From the IMG/VR virus record IMGVR_UViG_3300045391_003833, positions 1 through 63,541 of that record: a stretch of DNA of 63,541 nucleotides, one strand, 5' to 3'. The DNA is from a virus. The translations under genes and the position numbers were made by a program. This document shows, piece by piece, positions 45,366 through 54,148 of the stretch. The notes under the pieces were generated by a model. The model saw only the letters and a list, made by a program, of their open reading frames with translations, had not been told where the DNA came from and did not search any database. Numbering within the stretch: position 1 is the first letter of the stretch; each line of letters begins with the position of its first letter.

Positions 45366-45526
45366 TGCATACGTTCTGAGACGATCATCGCTCACGAACA
45401 TGAGAGCCACTTCCGTTTCTTGGTGATCACGAAATACTAGTGGCTCTCTCTAGCTCGACTACCACTCTGAAACATGAGGTAAGCGTAGAAAGAGTATCTG
45501 GGCACGTTCATGGCGTGCCTTGTTAT

Positions 45527-45611
45527 GGATGGGTGTCAGAGTGTTTATTGAGACGGACTGTAAATTCGTTGGTTTATGCTATCGTAGGTTAAAATCCTAC
45601 CCCATCCACCA
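45527..45611 (+). tRNA. tRNA-Tyr (anticodon GUA), long variable arm, CCA encoded, non-canonical D and T loops
   Basis: Manual fold: GGATGGG/TG/TCAG-AGTGTTTA-TTGA/G/ACGGA-CTGTAAA-TTCGT/TGGTTTATGCTATC/GTAGG-TTAAAAT-CCTAC/CCCATCC/A/CCA. The T loop is TTA rather than TTC and the D loop lacks GG. Confidence 0.7.
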
Positions 45612-45664
45612 TTGAGTAAGTGTTAACCAGTTAGCAAACATATGTTTAGTGATAGGATACAGTT

Positions 45665-45901
45665 ATGGAAGCTAAGCTAGAAATTAAAAATTGTGATGTT
45701 TTTCCTTTTAGATTTACTCTTGAAGAAGTAGAATGCATTTCACATGCGATAGATAATTTGTATGCTAAAATGCGCGAAAATGAAATGGATAAATTTATTT
45801 CTGATAAGAAAGAGTTTTATGATTATTTGCATTGTGTTGATAATTTGAAAGAGTTATTTGACGAAACGTTATGGAAGATTGGGAAGGAAACAGATGAGTA
45901 G
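45665..45901 (+). CDS. hypothetical protein (78 aa)
   Basis: ORF track; FRFTLEEVECISHAI motif. Confidence 0.5.
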   Translation: MEAKLEIKNCDVFPFRFTLEEVECISHAIDNLYAKMRENEMDKFISDKKEFYDYLHCVDNLKELFDETLWKIGKETDE

Positions 45902-46250
45902 TTTAGGTAAACCTGGTAATCCAGCATGGGTAAAAGGTATTTGTCAGAATCCTGGTGGACTGAAACAGCATCTTGTACTTAAGGCACAAAGCTATTGTGA
46001 AAAAGGCTTAGAAGTACTTGCTAGAATGATAGAAGACGAAGGAGAAAGACCTGATATACGCTTAGCTGCGATAAAGTTGATGCTTGATAGAGGCATGGGA
46101 TTACCTAAAGTTCATACTGATGATGACGAGAAAAAAGTAGTTACTCCTAGATTGGCGAGTGATGAAGAATTACGCAAACGTATAGCGCATATTGAAGGTG
46201 TGGAAAAGAATTTGAATGTGATTGATATTAGGGCGGAGGAAGTGAAATGA
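45894..46250 (+). CDS. DUF5681-like protein; possible DNA-binding or small-terminase-type protein
   Basis: KPGNPAWVKGICQNPGG ... RLAAIKLMLDRGMGLP pattern, from memory of the family. Trimmed to the ATG overlapping the upstream stop. Confidence 0.3.
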   Translation: MSSLGKPGNPAWVKGICQNPGGLKQHLVLKAQSYCEKGLEVLARMIEDEGERPDIRLAAIKLMLDRGMGLPKVHTDDDEKKVVTPRLASDEELRKRIAHIEGVEKNLNVIDIRAEEVK

Positions 46251-46609
46251 AGATAGTTGATAAAGAAGAGTTTAAGAATTTGCCAAAGAATACATTATAT
46301 TGCCATGTGCATGTTAAGGATGGTGTAAATGTTGGTTTGGGAAATTTGAGGATTAAATTGACTGGTACGGAGGGTCAGCATAGTGAAGAAATGGAGCTCT
46401 TCCCACACAAGATTAACTGGGCATATAAGGATGTGCTGCCATTTCCTTTAGCCGATGATGGTTGTAGGGCGCATGCGAAAGAAGGGTATTTCCACAAAGA
46501 TTTCAGTGATGATAAATTTTATGTATTGGAAGAGATAGATTTGCTTAATATGAAGGAGGCTATTGATTTAGAGGATGTTTTAGATGGCATATTGGGAGGA
46601 AGTAAATGA
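46247..46609 (+). CDS. hypothetical protein (120 aa), paralogue of 46606..47016
   Basis: EEFKNLPKNTLY...FYVLEEIDLLNMKEAI versus EEFLKLPNDIIF...FYVLEKEDLKTMADVI. Confidence 0.55.
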   Translation: MKIVDKEEFKNLPKNTLYCHVHVKDGVNVGLGNLRIKLTGTEGQHSEEMELFPHKINWAYKDVLPFPLADDGCRAHAKEGYFHKDFSDDKFYVLEEIDLLNMKEAIDLEDVLDGILGGSK

Positions 46610-47016
46610 GATTAGTTACTAGAGAAGAGTTTTTGAAGTTACCTAATGACATTATCTTTATGAAGATAGGTAGATTGGGGCGTTGTTGGAATTTGGCTAT
46701 AAAAAGAAGCGACTCTCAGCATGTATTGGTGGAAAGTAAAAAGGGTGCTCAGGATGGTTCTGATTTCTATCATAGTTATGTTAAAGGATTAATAGACGAA
46801 GGAAAGCCTCTTACCTATTGGTATTATAGCTGGGTTGGAGGTACTTTTGATGGTGAAAGAAATCCTGGTGGAAAGTTGTATCCGCCTCAGCCTGGTATAG
46901 ATGCAGATAAAGATCATGAAAAAGAGGATACTTTTTACGTGTTAGAAAAGGAAGATTTAAAGACCATGGCAGATGTTATTAAGAGAGCATATGTTGCATT
47001 GGAGTTGGATATATAA
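46606..47016 (+). CDS. hypothetical protein (136 aa), paralogue of 46247..46609
   Basis: See the paralogue entry; ATGA coupling. Confidence 0.55.
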   Translation: MRLVTREEFLKLPNDIIFMKIGRLGRCWNLAIKRSDSQHVLVESKKGAQDGSDFYHSYVKGLIDEGKPLTYWYYSWVGGTFDGERNPGGKLYPPQPGIDADKDHEKEDTFYVLEKEDLKTMADVIKRAYVALELDI

Positions 47017-47027
47017 GGATAGGCTGA

Positions 47028-47210
47028 ATGAACTGTTGTAGCGACGTATTTGTTATAATCAACTGTATTTTGATTATTCTAATGGTAGTGCGAAGTTCTG
47101 GGATTGTATTGATATTGGCCCTATTAGGGTTATGTTCAAATTGGTGTATGTATGATGTTGGGGATAAGGCGATAACTATTAAATGGGGCACCCATGAGTG
47201 TAATATGTAG
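47028..47210 (+). CDS. small hydrophobic membrane protein (60 aa)
   Basis: ORF track; two hydrophobic segments. Confidence 0.4.
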   Translation: MNCCSDVFVIINCILIILMVVRSSGIVLILALLGLCSNWCMYDVGDKAITIKWGTHECNM

Positions 47211-47631
47211 CTTTTTAGAATGGATTTCAGACCCTGTAACGTTTGTTGTACATGCTATAGCGTTTTATGTGGGATGGAACTTGATGGATTGGTGGAGAGC
47301 TATTAAGAAACGTTTTGGGAAAGAGAAAGCGCTTCCAGCGTGTATTAGGTGTGGAGGGCAAGGAGTTTGGCATGGTAATACTTATTTTTGTGTTGATTGC
47401 TCATCTCCGTCTTCAGGTTTTGGCGCTGCATTAAGAGGTGGATATTCTGGTTCAGGATTAGGTCTTGGATGCCAGGACCCAGAGATTATAATGCGACATA
47501 TGGGTTACTCTTTTGTTGGCGCTCCTCCAGGTATGCATCCACTTAGGAACGTTAAGGCGCCTGAAAAAGTAGTAGATGGTGAGGTGATAAGGGATGAGTG
47601 TAAGAGGATAAAGCATGATAAAGACGATTAG
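47194..47631 (+). CDS. membrane-anchored Cys-rich protein (145 aa)
   Basis: N-terminal TM helix; CIRCGGQG...CVDC. Confidence 0.5.
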   Translation: MSVICSFLEWISDPVTFVVHAIAFYVGWNLMDWWRAIKKRFGKEKALPACIRCGGQGVWHGNTYFCVDCSSPSSGFGAALRGGYSGSGLGLGCQDPEIIMRHMGYSFVGAPPGMHPLRNVKAPEKVVDGEVIRDECKRIKHDKDD

Positions 47632-47800
47632 TTTCAATGACCTCATGATGAAGCCATCTGTTGATAGGGATATTGAGTTTCAGAAGTTGTTGGAAGAATC
47701 AAGAAAGCATACTATTAAGACTTCGAGACAGATGGCCAAAAAGAAGGCCAAGAATCGTAAGCGAAATAAACAGGCTAGAAAGCAACGGAAGGCACAATGA
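47615..47800 (+). CDS. small basic protein (61 aa)
   Basis: ORF track; Lys/Arg-rich C-terminus. Confidence 0.45.
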   Translation: MIKTISFNDLMMKPSVDRDIEFQKLLEESRKHTIKTSRQMAKKKAKNRKRNKQARKQRKAQ

Positions 47801-48159
47801 CAAATCCTGAAATGTCTCCCTTAGTTCCCTGTGGGATGAGCAAAGAAGCCATAAAGCTTTTAGAGTTTCTGACCGTAGTACAGAAGATTAATGCCGAGCT
47901 ACCTATCTATGTTAGTGGATGGTCTGAAAGAGATGTTCCGCTGCCTTTTAAGGTTTATCCATGGGAGATAAAAGCAGAATGTATTCCTAAGGGGAAAGGG
48001 GGTAAAGAATTTCGGTCATATTCCGTAAGGTTAACTTATCTTCCCTTCGGGATATCTGTATATTATTATGACAAGCTCTTTACGTGGCAAAACACCAATT
48101 GTTGTATTGATTTACTTAAACAGGAGTTAAATAAGCGTTATGAACTTAAAACCAATTGA
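47797..48159 (+). CDS. hypothetical protein (120 aa)
   Basis: ORF track; ATGA coupling. Confidence 0.5.
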   Translation: MTNPEMSPLVPCGMSKEAIKLLEFLTVVQKINAELPIYVSGWSERDVPLPFKVYPWEIKAECIPKGKGGKEFRSYSVRLTYLPFGISVYYYDKLFTWQNTNCCIDLLKQELNKRYELKTN

Positions 48160-48409
48160 ACCAGCTCAAGAGATTAGCTCATCAATAGTGTTATTACATT
48201 ATCCACCGGGTAATTGTTTTCATATCTACATGAAAGACCGGGATGGTATAGAAGACGTATACGAGCATGAATGTGAGGCTTTGCGTACTATGTCGCCCGA
48301 TGAAATTAAGGCGTTCCTAGATGATACGGCTAAGACTATGGTTAACATGTATGAGGAGCATATAGAGTCAATACGGGAGAGTATGGGGAAGGATAATGGA
48401 GAAAGCTAA
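48140..48409 (+). CDS. hypothetical protein (89 aa), paralogue of 48396..48641
   Basis: IVLLHYPPGNCFHIYMKD...EIKAFLDDTAKTM versus IELLYYPKDERFYIFIAD...QIERYLQDTAEVM. Confidence 0.55.
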   Translation: MNLKPIEPAQEISSSIVLLHYPPGNCFHIYMKDRDGIEDVYEHECEALRTMSPDEIKAFLDDTAKTMVNMYEEHIESIRESMGKDNGES

Positions 48410-48641
48410 GGTAGCCAAATCAAAACCAATTAAGGCCACAATAGAGTTACTCTATTATCCAAAAGATGAGCGATTTTATATTTTCATAGCGGACGCAGAA
48501 GGATATGGGAATTTGCATGTGGTACGCAATAAGGAGTTGTTAAAAATGAATAAGGCTCAGATTGAGAGGTATTTGCAAGATACAGCAGAGGTTATGGCTA
48601 GTAAATACATGATGGGGTTTGGAGAGGATAATGGCGTTTAA
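48396..48641 (+). CDS. hypothetical protein (81 aa), paralogue of 48140..48409
   Basis: See the paralogue entry. Confidence 0.55.
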   Translation: MEKAKVAKSKPIKATIELLYYPKDERFYIFIADAEGYGNLHVVRNKELLKMNKAQIERYLQDTAEVMASKYMMGFGEDNGV

Positions 48642-48864
48642 AGGCACAGATACCATCATAGAGCAGCTAGACGGTTGTGTAAGTGATAGGAATGATATAA
48701 GTGTTAGAGATATCGTTCCTGTGGTCCTAAATAACGGTATTAAAGCTGATTTTGGAAATGCTGCTACCGCTCATACCCTTACGCGCCATATCAACTGGTT
48801 AAGCTACAAGAGTATGGGGTATAACGAACTTCTTAATCACTATCGGACAAAGGAGTATTTATGA
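48631..48864 (+). CDS. hypothetical protein (77 aa)
   Basis: ORF trimmed to the ATG after SD GGAGAGG. Confidence 0.5.
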   Translation: MAFKGTDTIIEQLDGCVSDRNDISVRDIVPVVLNNGIKADFGNAATAHTLTRHINWLSYKSMGYNELLNHYRTKEYL

Positions 48865-49100
48865 CTACAGCAAATAACGTCTTAAAGACAAACGATCATG
48901 AGGGGACACTTAAAGGCTCTTTGATATTTGAACACAAACTAGGTAGTGAAGTCTTAGTTGTGACAAACAATATTAGTGGTGAGTCTACAAAGTATCACGT
49001 ACGTCGTAGTATGGGAGAAGGGAATTTATCAGTCTTGATGGACGAAGTAATGTGGATGGCCGAAAACGAAGGAATACTGTGTAGCTGTGACGTCGATTGA
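48861..49100 (+). CDS. hypothetical protein (79 aa)
   Basis: ORF track; ATGA coupling. Confidence 0.5.
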   Translation: MTTANNVLKTNDHEGTLKGSLIFEHKLGSEVLVVTNNISGESTKYHVRRSMGEGNLSVLMDEVMWMAENEGILCSCDVD

Positions 49101-49194
49101 CATTATTCTCTGGGGAATATTCTTCCTTATCCTTATAGACATAGTTAGGATTTTTACTAAGTGAAAATATTTTGCAAAAAAGTGAAAAAAGTAC

Positions 49195-49223
49195 TTGACA
49201 ACGTATGTAGGTACCTGCATACT
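49195..49223 (+). promoter_or_regulatory. Phage promoter P5 (TTGACA-17-CATACT) with ACGTATGTAGG element
   Basis: TTGACA 49195-49200, CATACT 49218-49223. The upstream aaaaagtacttgacaacgtatgta is identical to P1. Confidence 0.7.
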
Positions 49224-49268
49224 TCAGATATGTAGTTAATTTTGGTTTTAGATAGGAGGATAGTTGAT

Positions 49269-49592
49269 ATGAATGCACAGGTAAAGAATGCACAGGTAAA
49301 GTTTGATGATATGCTAAAAAACATTGCAGAAAATCGTTGCGATGATGTATTAGATTTGTTTTACGAGGAGTTAGATATTGTTCAGATAAAGAGCCTTTTG
49401 GATGTGCTTAAAGATAATACGTCCATTAAGATCTTATCGATTCCAGAACCACTTTATGGGTTTGGATTAGATGTGTGGGATAAAATAAGGGATTTATTTA
49501 GGGCAAAGAAATACGATGAGTTATGGGTGGGTGGTAAGCTTGTTAAGGAGGGCTTTAATCCATTTAGCCCAATTTGTAACCAAGTGGGATAG
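49269..49592 (+). CDS. hypothetical protein (107 aa)
   Basis: Start after aggaggatagttgatATG; the same 20-nt initiation region recurs at 49627. Confidence 0.55.
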   Translation: MNAQVKNAQVKFDDMLKNIAENRCDDVLDLFYEELDIVQIKSLLDVLKDNTSIKILSIPEPLYGFGLDVWDKIRDLFRAKKYDELWVGGKLVKEGFNPFSPICNQVG

Positions 49593-49626
49593 TAAGATAT
49601 TAAATTAGATAAGGAGGATAGTTGAT

Positions 49627-49878
49627 ATGAAATATTATGCATATGTTGAAGATGGTGATATTACTCAAGTGTTCAATACCTTGGAGTATGCTTTAGCTAA
49701 GCTAAAGAGGGTGAGGAATATCTTGATAAAAGACATATTGGATTATTGTAATGAAACGGGGAATTGGGATGGGTGTGCATCTCGGATAAGGGAAGTAAGG
49801 AATACAAAGAGGATGTGCGTAGAAGAGATAAGTGCATTACAGAGAGCTGCTTTTGAAAAGGAAGTTTGCAGATGTTAA
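49627..49878 (+). CDS. hypothetical protein (83 aa)
   Basis: ORF track; duplicated initiation region aggaggatagttgatATG. Confidence 0.55.
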   Translation: MKYYAYVEDGDITQVFNTLEYALAKLKRVRNILIKDILDYCNETGNWDGCASRIREVRNTKRMCVEEISALQRAAFEKEVCRC

Positions 49879-50108
49879 ACAGACTCAATCTTAAAATCTC
49901 CATGCTTAGCCCATTGTTTCTTATGACACATGGGCTATTAGTGGGATGGTTAATGATAGAGTCGTATAAGGCAGAGATGTTTAATACGTTCATGCTGGCT
50001 TATCTGTTGTTTCCGACGATAATTGCGTTTACATTTGTTGTGTCATATGGGGTATTGATTTTGCTGGTGATGTTGATGGAAATGGTAAAAGGTACGGGAG
50101 GTAGGTAA
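49866..50108 (+). CDS. multi-pass small membrane protein (80 aa)
   Basis: ORF track; 2-3 hydrophobic helices. Confidence 0.5.
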   Translation: MQMLNRLNLKISMLSPLFLMTHGLLVGWLMIESYKAEMFNTFMLAYLLFPTIIAFTFVVSYGVLILLVMLMEMVKGTGGR

Positions 50109-50269
50109 TGAATAAGGCTCAATGGGTATTTAAAGCTGGTTCTAATGGCATGAAGGGTTATGTTGAGTATCTTAAGGCGGTGGTCGTGATTCTGACTATT
50201 GTTTCAAAGATTCATGCAAAGACGCAAGGCGGGAAAGAAGTCAAAAAGGATAATATTCCTGGGGAATAA
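50108..50269 (+). CDS. small protein (53 aa) with one hydrophobic helix, below the track cutoff
   Basis: ATG overlaps the upstream stop (gtaATGaat); fills an otherwise empty gap. Confidence 0.3.
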   Translation: MNKAQWVFKAGSNGMKGYVEYLKAVVVILTIVSKIHAKTQGGKEVKKDNIPGE

Positions 50270-50270
50270 T

Positions 50271-50456
50271 ATGGGCCTGACGATTATACCTATGAATGAT
50301 CTAGTAGAAGCCTATAGGGCAACTCTCTACGAAGATTGGGGATGGCTTGGTGATGAGCGAGATAGGGTTATACTTAAGCTTGTGGAAGAGGTGGAAGAGC
50401 TTAAGTCAAAGATAGCGCAATACAAAGATTGGATAGGTGAGCCTGATGGTAGCTGA
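50271..50456 (+). CDS. hypothetical protein (61 aa)
   Basis: ORF track, trimmed to MGLTIIPMNDL. Confidence 0.45.
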   Translation: MGLTIIPMNDLVEAYRATLYEDWGWLGDERDRVILKLVEEVEELKSKIAQYKDWIGEPDGS

Positions 50457-50476
50457 GGAAGAGGGAGTGGAAAAAG

Positions 50477-50662
50477 ATGCCTAATTGGTTATACGAATGG
50501 TGTAGACAATGGGATAAATTCTGGGAAGAGTATTTCCAAGGTAAGGAGTTATCTCCAGCAATTATGGAGATGGCTAGGAAAGAGTTGGAAGAGCTTCAAA
50601 GGTTGTCTGATGAGGCTTTCCTGATTAGGGCTGATATGGATAGGAGGTTAGTGTCGTTATGA
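50477..50662 (+). CDS. hypothetical protein (61 aa)
   Basis: ORF track; SD gagggagtggaaaaagATG. Confidence 0.5.
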   Translation: MPNWLYEWCRQWDKFWEEYFQGKELSPAIMEMARKELEELQRLSDEAFLIRADMDRRLVSL

Positions 50663-50847
50663 GTAGCGATAGAATCTTTGATGTTAAATTGTCTGAAATG
50701 CAGATAAGGTATTTAATAAGAGCTATTACACTGTCAAATAAGGCTATACATCTGGAGAGCATGGCCAGAGGAATTAGTGCAGAAGCAGATAGCGAATATC
50801 TTGAGATTATGGATTTAAAGGAAAAGTTGAATGAGTATTTGGGATAG
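50659..50847 (+). CDS. hypothetical protein (62 aa)
   Basis: Initiation region ataggaggttagtgtcgttATG is duplicated at 50863. Confidence 0.5.
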   Translation: MSSDRIFDVKLSEMQIRYLIRAITLSNKAIHLESMARGISAEADSEYLEIMDLKEKLNEYLG

Positions 50848-50862
50848 GAGGTTAGTGTCGAT

Positions 50863-51057
50863 ATGAACGTTGAAACATTTAACGATATAGTAGCAGCTAA
50901 GAAAGCTGTTGAGGGTGTTGTGGAGAGTATTAGGGTGAAATATGGATCATTAGCAAAAGGGATTGGAGTAGATTGTGCTCAAATGGAAAAGCTTAAGAAT
51001 GCTATAGTGCTGTTGCAAAACATCATTCATATAGAGGAGCCAGGGGTAAGGATATGA
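50863..51057 (+). CDS. hypothetical protein (64 aa)
   Basis: Initiation region ataggaggttagtgtcgatATG. Confidence 0.5.
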   Translation: MNVETFNDIVAAKKAVEGVVESIRVKYGSLAKGIGVDCAQMEKLKNAIVLLQNIIHIEEPGVRI

Positions 51058-51269
51058 GCAAAGTAACAAGGATTAATCCCAAGGATACAGACTTCCTGGA
51101 GATAGTTATAGGCAAGAATGGTGTTCCAATGGTATTGGACGACCAAGGTTTTAGACATGAACCACACGATGGAAAGAAAACTGAGCGTGGTGAATATGTA
51201 TTCTTGTGGAACTCGTTTAGAAAGCCTAGATGGAGGTCATACGATGGTGGACCAAAAGAAGCAGCATAA
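51054..51269 (+). CDS. hypothetical protein (71 aa)
   Basis: ORF track; ATGA coupling. Confidence 0.5.
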   Translation: MSKVTRINPKDTDFLEIVIGKNGVPMVLDDQGFRHEPHDGKKTERGEYVFLWNSFRKPRWRSYDGGPKEAA

Positions 51270-51369
51270 TCTTTACAGAGAAGAGATAGTTGGTAGATTA
51301 AGATTTCTTTGGAGAAACTGGTTGATTGGAAGAAAGTGTCCCTGTCCGTTTTGTAAGGAGGCTGCGTAA
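51244..51369 (+). CDS. small protein (41 aa) with CPCPFC motif
   Basis: Internal Met of track ORF 51118..51369, preceded by GGAGG-7 nt. Confidence 0.3.
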   Translation: MVDQKKQHNLYREEIVGRLRFLWRNWLIGRKCPCPFCKEAA

Positions 51370-51551
51370 TGAAATATGCTCCGCTTACACTGTCTGAAAA
51401 GCAAGTAAGGATTTTACTGGGAATAATTGACATGTATAAATCTATACTTAGGGATAGAGGCTATCCTATCAATGGGGAGCTGGATGAGGTTGAAAAGCTT
51501 AATAGATATCTTTGTAAGATATTATTTGAGTTGGAAGTGGAGGATGTTTGA
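51369..51551 (+). CDS. hypothetical protein (60 aa)
   Basis: ORF track; TAATG coupling. Confidence 0.45.
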   Translation: MKYAPLTLSEKQVRILLGIIDMYKSILRDRGYPINGELDEVEKLNRYLCKILFELEVEDV

Positions 51552-51856
51552 TGGTCTTTTTAGCGCCAGACAAATATCACAAATGGGTTAGCCTCTTTAA
51601 GCGCGTGAAGACAAAGAATGGGTCTAAGTTATACCTGGACATAGTGAATATCAAAAAGCATATTGATGCTGGATGGAAATTTGTAGGCGAAAGTGGGCAT
51701 CGTGGGGTAATGAGTATTTATGATCCTCAGATAGGGGAGCTGGTAAAGTTTATGAAAGAGCAATGGGGTATAAAGGATATGGTCGTTCTATCTACGCTTG
51801 TCTTTATGGAGATAGAAAGAGATAAGTATGATTTAAATAAAGAGGCTAATTTATGA
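51548..51856 (+). CDS. hypothetical protein (102 aa)
   Basis: ORF track; coupled. Confidence 0.5.
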   Translation: MMVFLAPDKYHKWVSLFKRVKTKNGSKLYLDIVNIKKHIDAGWKFVGESGHRGVMSIYDPQIGELVKFMKEQWGIKDMVVLSTLVFMEIERDKYDLNKEANL

Positions 51857-52110
51857 GTAAAGAGCTTGACGAATATCGAGCTAACAGTATAAAGGAAGTA
51901 GATTTTTTGCATACAAAATACTGTAGGGAAGTAAGAAAAGAGTTTAAGGCTTTAGAGAGTGTCCCCGAGAAAGAACTTATTTTATCAGGAATTATAGGTA
52001 GGTTAACAGATATATGTCTTAAGTTACATTTTGAATGTATAGCTAATAGGGATAAGATTCAGGAGTTGTTTGATAGATTGAATGTACGATTAGAGGAGGG
52101 ACAATCATGA
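51853..52110 (+). CDS. hypothetical protein (85 aa)
   Basis: ORF track; ATGA coupling. Confidence 0.5.
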   Translation: MSKELDEYRANSIKEVDFLHTKYCREVRKEFKALESVPEKELILSGIIGRLTDICLKLHFECIANRDKIQELFDRLNVRLEEGQS

Positions 52111-52274
52111 GCGTAGTATACGTAGACTTTGTGAATAAAGAACGAGTAGAAGTATCTGAAAAGGTTATGGGCTACATGGATAACTATTATGATAAAGAGG
52201 AGTTACGCGAGTATATTCTCGATGCTCAAAGGGCAAAGTTTTTCATGAAGGTGCAAGAGGTTTTTGGAAGATAA
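52107..52274 (+). CDS. small protein (55 aa), below the track cutoff
   Basis: ATGA overlap with the upstream stop; fills a gap. Confidence 0.3.
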   Translation: MSVVYVDFVNKERVEVSEKVMGYMDNYYDKEELREYILDAQRAKFFMKVQEVFGR

Positions 52275-52412
52275 ACTAGAAGAGATAAATGTGGCGGCCG
52301 CTGAAGCATTAATAGCATGGCATAAGTTGTGGAAGAATGGGATTAAATGGGTTCCGGATAGTGTGGGATTGGAAAGAGTGGTTAAAGAAAGGTTTAAGAG
52401 AGGAGTAATAGG

Positions 52413-53336
52413 ATGATTTTGTTTATTATTGGTTTTATTTTATTGGTTGGTTCAGGTTTTGCTTATTGGTTTCTTAAGTGGGACTTAGACAACATTTGGT
52501 CTAAATTAGGGTCTATAGGTGGGATGGGGTTTGGTATCTTAATAATGACACTAAACCTCGTAACATTCATTAACCCTGGGGAAGTAGGTGTAGTGGTTGA
52601 CCTGTTTGGTTCTGACAGAGGCGTAGAAGACAAAGAAATTACAGTGGGGATGCACATAGTGATGCCCTGGAAGAGGGTCTATGTATTCCCAATCTTTGAG
52701 CAAAACCATCAATGGACAGGCAACGAAAAGTTTACCTTTCAGACTTCTGAGGGCCTTTCAGTAAGCTCTGAAGTAGGTATTACCTATAATTTAGTTCCTA
52801 GTCGTATCCATGAGCTCTTTAGCAAGTACCGCAGAGGTATGGACGAGATTACGCATTTATTCGTCAGGAATAATATCCGTGACGCGATGAATCGATATTC
52901 GTCTAGAATGAAGATAGAAGAACTTTACGGAGAGAAGAAGGAAGACTTCTTTACCAAGATTCTGACAGACGTAAATACAGAGCTTTCACCGCTTGGGTTT
53001 AACATCTCGCATATCTATATCATTGGGCAATTTGACGTCCCGCCGACGGTAAAAGAAGCCTTAAACAAGAAGATTGAGGCTATTCAGAGAGCGCAGCAAA
53101 GAGAGAATGAGCTGAGAGAGGCTGAAGCACAGTCCAGGAAAGAAGTAGCGTTAGCGGAAGGTGAATCAAAGAGTAAGCTGATTAAGGCTAAGGCCGATGC
53201 AGAAGCTAATGCGTTGTTGACCCGCTCACTGAATGATGAGCTCTTGAGATGGGAAGCTATCAACAAGTGGGATGGTAAGTTACCAACTACTATGATGAGC
53301 AAGGAAGTGCCGTTTGTAGTTGGGGCGACCAAATGA
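52413..53336 (+). CDS. SPFH/Band-7 (stomatin-prohibitin-HflK/C-like) membrane protein
   Basis: N-terminal TM helices, then PGEVGVVVDLFG...ITVGMHIVMPW..VYVFP, followed by a coiled-coil AEAQSRKEVALAEGESKSKLIKAKADAEAN. Confidence 0.75.
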   Translation: MILFIIGFILLVGSGFAYWFLKWDLDNIWSKLGSIGGMGFGILIMTLNLVTFINPGEVGVVVDLFGSDRGVEDKEITVGMHIVMPWKRVYVFPIFEQNHQWTGNEKFTFQTSEGLSVSSEVGITYNLVPSRIHELFSKYRRGMDEITHLFVRNNIRDAMNRYSSRMKIEELYGEKKEDFFTKILTDVNTELSPLGFNISHIYIIGQFDVPPTVKEALNKKIEAIQRAQQRENELREAEAQSRKEVALAEGESKSKLIKAKADAEANALLTRSLNDELLRWEAINKWDGKLPTTMMSKEVPFVVGATK

Positions 53337-53557
53337 ATTCAATAGAAGAATCTGAGAAAGAAGAAGCATGGAATCATGACGTCACTGTTTGGTGTAGAGG
53401 TCTTCTTGGAAGGCTATCTCCTGACTTGGGTAAAGAAATAAGACGGAAATGGTGTGCAGATAAATTAAGAGCATTTATCCGAGCATACTATGCTGGCGCA
53501 ATACTTTTGAGAAACTTTCCATGCGGGTATATTAAGTCAAGGATTGGTGATGCATAA
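53333..53557 (+). CDS. hypothetical protein (74 aa)
   Basis: ORF track; ATGA coupling. Confidence 0.5.
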   Translation: MNSIEESEKEEAWNHDVTVWCRGLLGRLSPDLGKEIRRKWCADKLRAFIRAYYAGAILLRNFPCGYIKSRIGDA

Positions 53558-53750
53558 CATTAAAATATCTATGTATGACTCTATGAATGGAACGAGTGGT
53601 TTAAGGATAACCAATTATAGTGTTTTGAATAAGAACCAGGAAGTTCTTTGGGTTAGCATTCCTTGGGAACAGGTAATAGATGTGGCGAGAGAAATGATTC
53701 AGTGGTTTGACACTAAGGAATATATGAATAATGGAAGAGGGGTAGATTAA
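53544..53750 (+). CDS. hypothetical protein (68 aa)
   Basis: ORF track. Confidence 0.45.
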   Translation: MVMHNIKISMYDSMNGTSGLRITNYSVLNKNQEVLWVSIPWEQVIDVAREMIQWFDTKEYMNNGRGVD

Positions 53751-53751
53751 G

Positions 53752-53955
53752 ATGACCGATAAAATAGTAGAATGCAAAATAATTGGTCGTAAAACTAAGA
53801 AAAAGAAGGAAGTAGCCAAGCGCGTTGAAGCGTTTATGAATACAGCATGTCGTGACGAACTTTTGAAAATAGTAGAAAAACATAGAAAGATTTTTATGGA
53901 TATGCTTATGTATGGCTTTTCGGAATATTCAGAACAACGTAAGGAAGTTTCTTAG
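53752..53955 (+). CDS. hypothetical protein (67 aa)
   Basis: ORF track. Confidence 0.5.
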   Translation: MTDKIVECKIIGRKTKKKKEVAKRVEAFMNTACRDELLKIVEKHRKIFMDMLMYGFSEYSEQRKEVS

Positions 53956-53956
53956 T

Positions 53957-54148
53957 ATGCCAGACATCAGCAAATGTGAAGGTATAGGATGCCCGCTCAG
54001 GAATAAGTGTTATAGGTATACGTCTATTCCAACGCCTTATTATCAGGCGTGGTCAGAATATTATAAGTACCTTGAGCATACTGACAATGGCGTGAAGTGT
54101 GAGAATTTTATGCGGGATGAGAGACGTGGAACTAAAGCTGCCACTTAG
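53957..54148 (+). CDS. small Cys-rich protein (63 aa)
   Basis: Trimmed to MPDISKCEGIGCPLRNKCYRY; recurrent phage Cys pattern. Confidence 0.5.
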   Translation: MPDISKCEGIGCPLRNKCYRYTSIPTPYYQAWSEYYKYLEHTDNGVKCENFMRDERRGTKAAT

